Source: Octopus bimaculoides
Taxonomy: Eukaryota
Assembly (NCBI RefSeq): GCF_001194135.2
Contig: NC_068982.1
Location: 128,266,959-128,308,317, forward strand
Direction: 5' to 3'
Length of the DNA: 41,359 nucleotides
This document shows positions 11,958 through 22,002 of the stretch, in pieces. Positions within the stretch are counted from its first letter, which is position 1. Each line of letters begins with the position of its first letter. The notes beneath the pieces are model-generated. The model worked only from the letters and a program-made list of their open reading frames with translations. It did no database searches and was not told the DNA's origin. A program made the position numbers and the translations under genes.

Positions 11958-12480
11958 CACTAATCATAATAAAGAGAAGACAGCAGATAACTGAGCCCTG
12001 ATGGACTTCTATCAGTGTGTTAAAGTCCTTACTAAATTCATAGTTAACTCTCACCTTACTGACTGCACATCTGTACAAGGCCTGCATAGCCCTCACAAGC
12101 CACAAGGAGGAATATGGTGAGACTGGTTAAGAATATTAGGCCTCAACAACGATATACTGCTCACTTCTAAGTTTCACCAACTACAGTGAATATGCTTCAC
12201 TGATGCAATGTAACAAGATTGAAACTTGACTGTTGCATTCACCAGTTGGTTATAAAAGACCCATCCTAACTGTGTTATCTATATTATTCCAAAACTTTAG
12301 ATTAGCTAACATTGAACTTTTAAGTTGCTTTTAGATCTGAAACATGCTCAGAGGGATTTTTTTTTTCTTCTAATTGCAAGAATAATCTCAGTTCTATATT
12401 TAAGAGATGAGGAATTATGTACATTATTTACGGATATTTACATTATTTGACGGATATTTGTTCTCATCCTGTTTGTTGTT

Positions 12481-12526
12481 AACACAATGTTTCAGCTGAT
12501 ATACCCTCCAGCCTTCATCAGGTGTC
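12481..12526 (-). ncRNA. Minimal type I hammerhead ribozyme motif (left pLTR)
   Basis: GACAC-CTGATGA-A-GGCTG-gagggtatat-CAGCT-GAAAC-ATT-GTGTT. Confidence 0.65.
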
Positions 12527-12671
12527 TTGAGGAAATTTCGAACCTGGGTTCTCATTCCTAAGGTATTTTTCGATATTATTATTATTCAGGTCACTGCCTG
12601 GAAACGAACTCGGAATCTTGGGGTTAGTAGCCTGCACTCTTAACCACTATGCTATATGCCCGTGGGCAATT

Positions 12672-12881
12672 ATGGAGAGAATTTTAGGGAAAAATGGAGA
12701 CCACCTCCCCCTGTGGGATGAAGTTAAAATAATAGATAGAGAACACCACTGGAAAATATGAAAACTAAAAGAAGCAGCACACATGCTAGGACACAACAAC
12801 CTCCTAAGCAGACAGAGTGCAGATATGAGTAGTATATGGGAACTGGTATTAAGGAAGGATAGGAAAATATTAGATTTATAA
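12672..12881 (+). pseudogene. Penelope GIY-YIG endonuclease C-terminal remnant
   Basis: One open frame except a single TGA where Arg (CGA) is expected, consistent with CpG decay. Stop TAA at 12879-12881. Confidence 0.8.
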
Positions 12882-12914
12882 GCCCTAAAATTCACCCCAT
12901 AATTAATTGCCCAC

Positions 12915-12990
12915 GGGCATATGGCGTAGTGGTTAAGAGCACGGGCTACTAACCCCAAGATTCCGAGTTCGATTCCAGACAGTGACCTGA
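12915..12990 (+). promoter_or_regulatory. tRNA-derived Pol III type 2 promoter inside the pLTR (mirror copy on the minus strand at about 12590-12660)
   Basis: A box TGGCGTAGTGG (12922-12932), anticodon-like GGG-CTACTAA-CCC, B box GTTCGATTCC (12967-12976). Confidence 0.7.
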
Positions 12991-13052
12991 ATAATAATAA
13001 TAATATCGAAAAATATCTTAGGAATGAGAACCCAGGTTCGAAATTTCCCCAT

Positions 13053-13095
13053 GACACCTGATGAAGGCTGGAGGGTATATCAGCCAAAACGTGTT
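13053..13095 (+). ncRNA. Minimal hammerhead ribozyme motif (right pLTR, mutated)
   Basis: GACAC-CTGATGA-A-GGCTG-gagggtatat-CAGCC-aAAAC-GTGTT. G12 is mutated to A and there is a short deletion near the cleavage site. Confidence 0.55.
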
Positions 13096-14011
13096 AACAA
13101 CAAACAAGATGAGGACAAATATGTCAAATGTAAATAATATAGAATAATCTCAGTTATTCATTTCTCTAATATTACTTGTGAGAGACTCCATTGTAAGTAT
13201 ACTTAGCATGCAGAATGCTATCTAGAGGTAACTCCCTTCAGATCTACTGAGGAAAATAGTTCACCTTGTTTTTCAGTAAGTTAACTCTGTAGTTAACATG
13301 CTCCTATATAAGGTACTCTGTATGTGCTGTCCCAGCATCTTTACAATATAAATCCTTTTATTCTTTTATTAGTTTCAGTCAATGGACAGCAGTCATGCTG
13401 GGGTACTGTCATCAGAGGTTTAGCTACATATATTGATCCCTAAACATCACATAGTACTTGTTTTCGCAATCTCTATCACTTAAATGATTATGTTCACCTT
13501 GGCATAAAGGGACATAAAGACAGAATAAATACCACAGAGTATTTTAGTGTGATGCACTAATTTTTCTGCAAACCATCAATATAAACACACATTTTATGCA
13601 TATATATCAGCATGTACGTATATGCGTCTGTATGTGTAGACAGTATTTTCATGTTAATATTTTCTTGTAATGAGGCATACACAATTTCCCAAGTTTTAAT
13701 AGTGCAAATGCCTGCATTAAATACAACATTGAACACCTAATGCAATTAGCATCTCTTTTCTCTTGTAGATTTCCACTTGAAATTAACATTTTTTATGATG
13801 TTCAAAGATCTGTTTGACTATTTCATATCAGCCTTATTTGCAAGAACAAAATCTTTGTACATTAATATAATCAATCACAGTGAAAATAAATGCATAGTAA
13901 ATAAGTTCATTAAGGCATTGCATATTGCTCCAAGATTAAATGAATGCCTTAAAATTTTTTATTAGAATAGGACCCGTAAAAGAAAGAAAAAGAGACCACA
14001 AGGAACAACTG

Positions 14012-14270
14012 TTTCTTCTGATGACACACTTAAGTAAACATGGTCTCTATGCAATTAGATACACAACATAAAGAGCTGAACTTAAAACTTTACCCAATCA
14101 GAACCATCTAAGAGGTTGCCATTTGAAGTTTATTTTTAAATTCAATATTTTCTCAAACGGCAACTTCTTAGAGAAGGTTCTGATTGAATACAGTTTTAAG
14201 TTCAGTTCTTTATGCTGTGTATGTAATTGCATAGAAACCATATTTACTTAAGTGTGTCATCAGAAGGAAA
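14012..14270. repeat. Long hairpin / foldback element
   Basis: Arms 14012-14126 and 14153-14270 (about 115 bp) are reverse complements with about a dozen mismatches, mostly transitions. Loop is 26 nt. Confidence 0.9.
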
Positions 14271-16270
14271 AACTGAATGAACTTCTAATCCCAATTGAAT
14301 AAGTACACTATAAAATGGCTTGATTGGAGATGCCAACAAATACTCTAGATTTTACATAGTGTACACTACAGAATGTATGAAAATGTATTACATGGCCTGT
14401 ACTGAACACCCTGGGTATGACATTAAACTGCATCTGGTAGTGAGGTTCCAGTTTAGGAGTTCTGAATTTGTGGGGAGCATGGAGTCACTCCTTCATTACC
14501 ATTACTGCCGGGTCCATTCTGAGCTGGAATGGTAGTACCTGTCAGGGTACCATCTATGGGTTAAATAGATTTTTGTAAGGATAGATTGAGCCCCTTACCA
14601 GCAGTGAAAGCAATCAATCTAGGAGAAGGGAAACTTTAAAATTAATACTCTCTTCCAACATGCCTTGAGTCAGCGCAGAAAAATATGGCTGATGAAACTA
14701 ACATAAGGTATGTCCAGTAATATAGATTCAGGTCAACAAACGACCTGGAGGGAACATCAGCAGCAGCCCTTGACAGGTATGGCAGATGTGCTCTTGCCAA
14801 AGATCAAATACTATGGAAGCAAGTATCTCATGTCGGTGCACATTCTGCCGCAGGCAGAGAGCAGGAAATGATGAAATGATCACTGAATACCCAACATTTA
14901 AGACTTGTCTGTTGAACAACATACATAAACTGACATGGGTGTATTAGTAATTTGTTTATTAAAATAACATATATCCATTATGCACTTACAACCACAAACC
15001 AACAATCGTTAGTAGTTTAGCCCCTTGACTGGCAAAAGTCTTTTGTTGATTTGTCTACATCCTATTCTCACTATACTCTTCATTTCTATATTAAAGCCAA
15101 TATACTGAATAAATTTATGTTTCTCTGTATTCTTTATTGTTAAGTGGCTTTCATCTCTTTTCTATACATGAACTAATAAATAAAAATTCAGTTAAGACAT
15201 ATTTTAAAACAGGTCAAAGTAAAAAAAGAGGTATGTCACAATACAAACATTCAGTGAACAATCAATTCAATGAGAATATGTAGTAAAATACCCATAATAA
15301 TACTAATACTAACAATTTCACACACAAATTCCTAACAAGACAGTTTATTTATGGCTGCGTAACTATTTAAAACTTTTCTATTTATCAGCTAAAATTGCCT
15401 TTTTTTTTCTTTTTTTGAAACTAACTTTTCCTCAGAAAATCTATAGCACAACCACTATTCAGAAAAAGCTCCATACAGTTTTTATGATGCCAGAAAAGCA
15501 GATTTTCTTAAAGGTTACAATAAATTTATGAAGCAAGAAGATAATAAAAATATACACACAAATATCCATATGACTGTATGAAGTAATAAGTGGAAGTGGC
15601 ATGAGGGGGAGCAAAGCAGGAATATAAGACCAGATGTAACATACCAATTTCATATGTCATCCAGTAAAAGTGATCTGTCAATTAATTTTTTTTTTTTTTT
15701 CTTATATTTTTAATATAAAAGCTTAAAGTTGTCTTTCAGCTAAAAAAAAATTTGTTTAAATAAAATAAGGTTTTGTACTTTAAATTTGAATGACAATGAT
15801 CTCTTATTTCAAAAGCCACTTCAGGGGGATGAAGCACAGTTTAGAATGCCTGAAAGGTCATATGCCTTTCCACTTAAATGATGTATGAATGAGAGTCACA
15901 AAATAGTAATTCAATGAAATTTATGTGGGAGTGCTTCCATTCATGTGTATGACAACAAACGTATAATCGGAAGTAGTCAAAATTAGGAAATAAGCTAAGG
16001 TGAAGTAGCTAATTTGACAACATGACATGCTGATTACCTCAAGGAATGTAATATTAAATTCATGTTAGTTGACAAAAATTTATTTCTGATAAAGAAAACT
16101 TTTCAAAGTATAACAATTTCATTAATGAAGATACTTAAAAAGTTGCTGAATCGTACATACATAACTGCATCAAAACTAAAAATCAAAATGTCACACTCAT
16201 CAAACTAGTAATTTAAACCGAGAATCATTAAACGATTTAATAAGAGTATTTCAATATTTAATGTCCTCAC

Positions 16271-16295
16271 CTTATACTCTGCATATGCTGATCAA
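16271..16295 (-). CDS. 25-nt microexon (IDQHMQSIR) of the same gene
   Basis: tttttctttttcag|TTGATCAGCATATGCAGAGTATAAG|gtgagg. Phase 1 in, phase 2 out, exactly what is needed to join the 29459 donor (phase 1) to the 5655 acceptor (phase 2) without a stop. Confidence 0.65.
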
Positions 16296-17869
16296 CTGAA
16301 AAAGAAAAAATACAAATCAGTGATACAATGAATAAAATTTCATCTTCTAAATATATTAAGAGATATAAAAATATCTTAATAACGTTTGCAACATCCAACA
16401 CAACCAACTTCTTAAAGAATTATAATTTAATAACTTTATTTTTATCTACTCGATATTCAACACAAAAATAAGTTTTTGTAGTTTTGAATTAGAAATTAGG
16501 CTTATTGATCAAATCCAGATTCAAAGAATCACCAGAGATCTTGTTTATATCTTTTCTATTTTGCACTTGTAAAAGTAATTCTTAGTTTTCCAAGTTACAT
16601 TTCACTTCACATTTTCTCACCTTAAAAAAAAAAAATACCTCCAGTCATGAAATCAAAATTAGAAACGATAATTTAGTGACCTTCAAAAATAGCAAATATT
16701 TTAAAAAGGGAAATAACAAAAGTACAAGCATTTATTAATATACAGAAAAAAAAAAACAGTAAAATTCATTGAATAATTTCTCTTCATTTATGATGTTTTG
16801 TCAGAGGGTATGGCATTAATGCGAGTGTGAATTATATTAATTAGATATAAACACAAGTTAGTTATGACTTAAAATAGTAGTCTGCAAATTGCATCAGTTA
16901 ATTTAAGATTTTTATGGAACAGCCTAAAAGAAAGTTACACCTAGAATTTATTTCTTGCTGCTAGTTTATTTACAATTTTAAGAAAAGGGAGAAAGAATAG
17001 CTTTTCCATGTATCCCTGCAATTCTATGAGCATTGGTTTTGAAATTGCTTTATTAGTTACATTTCAGTTTTTAATATGGTTTCCATTTTATGTTGCAAAT
17101 CCGATTTAAGATTCTTTTAATATAAAAATTAACATTGCAAGGTCAAACTACAACCAAGTAGCAATGTTAACATAAAATTGGTAGCACATGAGAAATAGCC
17201 TTGTTCACACTGCAGAAAGTGTTGAGTAAAAACTCTATACTGCACAGTCAGAGCAAAGAACAGATAATCAAAGGTTACAGTGAAATCCCAGACAAGCAGA
17301 TAGGAAGCAAGAACTTAAAATGCACCAAATATATTCAAGTAACCAATTACAGGAGCAGTAAAGAAATAAATTAAATGGACATCTTGGACAGCTTGTATAT
17401 TATACTATAGATGATGCAATTGGTATTGCATAAGTTGACCTTGGTTCATTGAGAATGAAGTGTTAACCTTTGAAAAATACTGAATATACAAGTTTATTAC
17501 GTGACTAAGCTTCAAAAGTATTGTGTAAAATGTAGGCAGAAAACATAGTTTAAACAATAAATGTTAAAAGATTTTGTTCCTTCACTCTTTCACTTTTCCT
17601 TCTATATATCAATGACTTATTTGCTGCTACAAATAAGCCATTGATATATAGAATTAACAATACCCATTGTCACACAGATGACACAACTCTTCATTCCTCC
17701 CAAATATACCCCAACCATGCATTATCTATTCACAATATAGACCCCACATGCCAATTCTAACCAAACCCATGCTGGCTTTATGAACAGAGCTGTGAAAAAA
17801 CATCTTTCAATTGGGATATACCAATCTTGTTTCTTTCAACAACAAGAAAGCACAATTAATGCCCATTAT

Positions 17870-18420
17870 TAAGACATCATTTCACCATTCAGCCCCTTCG
17901 TCATAATCAGTACTCCATTAAAGCCCTCAAAATCAATCCAGTTGTTGGGCCTCACTATCACTGAGGATCTTTCTTGGCAAAAACAGATCCTTAACATAGC
18001 TAGGACGACATCCCAACAACTAGCTTTTCCTTCATGACCAAACCATGCTTCAGTCTCTACAAATTTCAGGTAAGGCCCAAAATGAGTATTGCTCTTACAT
18101 CTGGGATAGTGCTGCTGTTGTACAAATGAACATCCTAAACTCCAGCCAGAAAAGAGCCACCCAACTGTTTGGCATAAAGTCATTCACAGATACACACCAG
18201 CCTCTTACCCATAAACATGCTGTCTTCTCTCTCTACCATTCTACTTCTACAATAATGGCCTCTGATGCCCAGTGCTGGCTGGGATCATACCAGCACCACT
18301 CAAGCATTCCTGTTCTGCTCATCTCCTCTCATCACCTATGTTGTGTTGAGGCCCAACACCAATTACTAAACCCAGTTTTTCCTTCCTAGAATGTTAGTTC
18401 TCTAAAATTCCTTCCCCACT
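17870..18420 (+). mobile_element. CR1/Jockey-type LINE RT C-terminal fragment
   Basis: Frameshifted LLGLTITEDLSWQKQILNIA, LYKFQVRPK.EYCSYIW and QKRATQLFG...HQPLTH motifs. Confidence 0.8.
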
Positions 18421-19551
18421 AATTGTCTTTTCTACAGGTATTGATTTACAAAGGCATCAACCACATCAATCTAAGAGGACTTACAAAAGCCATGAGCACT
18501 GCTCCTTCCTCTAAACCTGGCAAGCATTAAGTTTAAAAACAAAAAAACACATACTAATACAGATTATATAACAATGGATACCGAGGGAAACTTAGTAGTA
18601 GCTAAGTTAGATTAAAAAACAATGGGACTTGCACATTGCAGATAACCACAATGCATAAACGAATGATGTATAGCAAATCTATTTAACAAATGGTGCAAAA
18701 ATGAGGATCATCATTATCATTGTCCAGTTTCGTAGAGCAATATTAAATATGGAACTGTAAGTCTTAAACACAATCCCAGGAAACAATAGCAAAGTCTTTG
18801 AGGAACTAAAGAAAGTTATAAATCAGATACTTAACATAAAAGGCCATTTATGTTGGAGAGTGAGATGATATAGTCACCAATACTCACAGGTTTACTCTTA
18901 CCTGGAGTGGTAATGGCTGTTAAAGGATCCAGTTATAAGCCAAAAACCTGAATATGACCCTTTGGCAAATGCACACAAGACGTATGTGTGTGTACATACC
19001 TTGATGTCACATGACCAGTCTCCTTACGAAAAGGTTAAACAAACCTTGTGCCTCAAGGGTAAACTCAGGGGAGCAGAAGAACTTCTCAAGTAAGCAGTAA
19101 ACAAACCTGCAGAAGGCAATGGAAAACTACTACTGCTGTCTCTTTCACAAATAAAATCATGAGTCTTCAAACTTTGTCATGAAAGTCCATGACAGCCAAT
19201 ATTTGTAGACATAACAAAGAGGTGGGGCGATAAAGAGAGATCAATTTCATATATGGATTTTTTTTTCTTTAAATTGTATTAGAAACCTTAGTTTTTATTT
19301 CATGTAACAACTTGCATAGCACTTTATCTATCTCTGCATCATGTCTATTTTTGCTCCCTTGGTCTACCTCCTTGGCTCACCAAGTACCAGACAAGTATCT
19401 TCCTTTCTCAACTCATGTTATTTGGTATTTTTTAATCAGTTACACTTATCTGACTTTCAGACTCATAAAGTAGCAATGTTGACATTTAATCTGGCAGCTA
19501 TGTTCAGTATATCACAAATTCTTTATAACCTTCGTTGTAAGAGCTACTTAC

Positions 19552-19560
19552 TTTCATTGT
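19552..19560 (-). CDS. Candidate 9-nt microexon
   Basis: gttcag|ACAATGAAA|gtaagt. Phase 1/1 compatible, TACTAAC at 19598-19604, poor polypyrimidine tract. Confidence 0.25.
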
Positions 19561-19684
19561 CTGAACATCTAGTTAACAAATTGCAATGTATAATTCTGTT
19601 AGTATACATGACACCTTTTAGTTTATTTGTCAGTGAAGATTTTCAATTTAAGTATATACTGACAGAATCATATATGTGTGTATA

Positions 19685-19770
19685 NNNNNNNNNNNNNNNN
19701 NNNNNNNNNNNNNNNNNNNNNNNNNNNNNNNNNNNNNNNNNNNNNNNNNNNNNNNNNNNNNNNNNNNNNN
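19685..19770. other. Assembly gap (N)
   Basis: 86 N. Confidence 1.
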
Positions 19771-20234
19771 TCAGCAGATCAGACTTAATTCCCCATCAGT
19801 CTTCTTCAGTGATGTGCACATTAATGAAGACTATGTGAAGCACAAACTTGGCTGCCAAACAGCATCACATTTCAGACACTGGCACCATTCCCTCAGTAGA
19901 ATGAACAAAGAAGAAAACCAGTTGTCACTAGCAAAATCACTAGTTTACACAACCTGCGACTTCCAGCCCCGCCCACACACACACCACGTTTGATTTTGTT
20001 TTCCAAAATAAGGAAAAGTATTAATTGAATTAAAATAGCATCTTATATTTATATAGAAGCATAAATCAAAGAGTTATTGCCAAACAATACAAGTAATAAA
20101 CGTTGAAGTATAATCAAAATAGATACATTTGAATTTCTTAAACAGACATGTAAATTACATGTATAACAATTATACATCTACAATTACATACAAATATGTG
20201 TGCATAATTACATGCACAACACTGCTTTTATATA

Positions 20235-20470
20235 TCATCGTTGTTTAATGTCTGCTTTCCATGCAGGCATGGGTTGGACAATTTGACTGAGAATTGGCAA
20301 GTTGGGAGGCTGCACCAGGCTCCAATCTCATCTGGCAAGCTTTCTACAGCTGGATGCCCTTCCTAACACCAACCACTCCAAGAGCATAGTGGGTGCTTTT
20401 ACGTGCGATGGGCACAGGACCCAGTCAGGTGGTACTGGCATCGGCCACGCTCAAATGGTGCTTTTTACGT
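20235..20470 (-). mobile_element. RTE 3' UTR / RTE-tailed repeat
   Basis: Same terminus as 77-420. Confidence 0.8.
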
Positions 20471-20693
20471 GCTTATTATGCATGTAAGTACACGCCAGCA
20501 TGAAAGATGGAAATTGAAAACTGTTGATGATATATACAATAGACATGATTGTGTGGTCAAGAAGTTCACTTCCCAGTCCTATGGTTTCAGATTCAGTACC
20601 ACTTCATGGCACTTTGGGTGAGTATCTTCTACAGTAGCTACATGCAGACCAAAGCCTTCTGGGTGAATTTGGTAATCAAAAACTGAAAGAAGC

Positions 20694-20924
20694 TGGCGAG
20701 CTGGCAGAAATGTTAGAGCGCCGGGCAAAATACTTAGTGGTATTTCGTCTGCTGTTATGTTCTGAGTTCAAATTCCGCCAAGGTCAACTTTGCCTTTCAT
20801 CCTTTCGGGGTCGATAAATTAAGTACCAGTTACGCACTGGGGTCGATGTAATCGACTTAATCCCTTTGTCTGTCCTTGTTTGTCCCCTCTAGATTTAGCC
20901 CCTTGTGGGCAATAAAGAAATAAG
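20694..20924 (+). mobile_element. SINE family C with 14-bp TSD, inserted in an older family A/B SINE
   Basis: AAACTGAAAGAAGC at 20680-20693 and 20925-20938. Confidence 0.85.
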
Positions 20925-21839
20925 AAACTGAAAGAAGCCTTGTATATAAAGAAGCCTTGTATATAAAGTACTTAGCTTTTAATAAACGATATGCCTATTT
21001 GATGTATATTCTATATTATTAATTATGAATTACAAAGTGTGTAATCTTAATAAATTTTGCATACATGGGTTTACAGGCAGAATTTTTTTAGTTATCTTAT
21101 TACACAAAATATTCTAGTGAGAAAACACAAACGTAGAAAAAAAGAAGTCTTTGGCAAGTAATCTGCAACACAGTTCTTGTTCAAGGATGTTAAGCTTGAA
21201 GCAATGCCAACAGTTGGTTAAACAACAACTAGAAATAAGATGCTGGTTTTCAACATAAAAATGAATAAAAGTATGTCAATATTTGTTCCTGCCGGGAGAT
21301 AAAGCAGCCAGCCTAGCTATCAGCATGAAGAGTTTTATTCTTATCATTAAAATTGTAATACTTTCTATGTATATATTATATTGGCTAAAGTCAAACTGAC
21401 ATTATAATTTACAAGCATTGATGTGTGGTTGAAAAGTCTGTTTCCCAACCACATGGTTTCAGGTTCAGTCCTGCTGTGCAGCACCTTAGGTAACTGTCTT
21501 TTACTATAGCCCTGAGTCAATCAAAGCTTTGTGAGTGGAATCGGTAGATGCAAAATGAAAACAAAAAAATGTCATATATATGCAATTATCAATGGTCATA
21601 GAATGACATGTCTGTCCTAAATCAGCAGTGCATGAAATTCCAATAGTGTAGGCCACTTCATTTTTGCATTTGACTCACAAGTTTCTTGATGTGAATTTGC
21701 ATTGAAACAAATTTTGTGTCTTGGGAGAAACATTATGCCAATAATAATACATGCACAGGTTCAATTTCAATTCTTTATTATTAGTCATCTGGTTAAATAT
21801 CTAACCAACTAACTAATTGATTGTTGTTTAATGTGTTGG

Positions 21840-22002
21840 TTAAACAATCAATCAGTTATTTGCTAGTCAAAGTTCTTTCTTTACTATTCACGACCTCTCC
21901 TTTCACTGCAAGATCTGAGTGAAAGGGGAGGTCATTAAGTCACTGAAAAGGTTGTGAACAGCAACAAATAGACTGACTAGCAAACAAACAACTGCTTGTT
22001 TA
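21840..22002. repeat. Imperfect foldback with a central 16-bp stem
   Basis: GACCTCTCCTTTCACT / AGTGAAAGGGGAGGTC (21892-21933, 10-nt loop). Outer arms are TTAAACAA...TTTGCTAGTCA and TGACTAGCAAA...TTGTTTAA. Confidence 0.7.

Larger units (their letters stand above)
12402..13138 (+). mobile_element. 5'-truncated Penelope-like element: inverted pLTR, GIY-YIG endonuclease 3' end, direct pLTR
   Basis: Arms at about 12436-12672 and 12904-13138 are reverse complements. The spacer translates NGDHLPLWDEVKIIDREHHWKI*KLKEAAHMLGHNNLLSRQSADMSSIWELVLRK, matching the PLE endonuclease C-terminal pattern (W..vkIlDrE..W..RklkEA.hi.....L.R......s.IW..vL). Confidence 0.85.

Noticed and set aside
12915-12990. Functional tRNA gene
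   Set aside because: No proper acceptor stem, only 3 bp in the anticodon stem, and it is embedded in a repeat arm. Treated as tRNA-derived.
12647-13087. 146-aa minus-strand ORF
   Set aside because: Antisense read-through of the PLE pLTR and spacer. The meaningful frame is on the plus strand.
14016-14030. Additional hammerhead at CTGATGA in the hairpin
   Set aside because: No helix II followed by GAAA downstream.
19341-19993. ORFs spanning N gaps (also 23348-23825 and 36890-37327)
   Set aside because: Their length comes from X runs and microsatellites.
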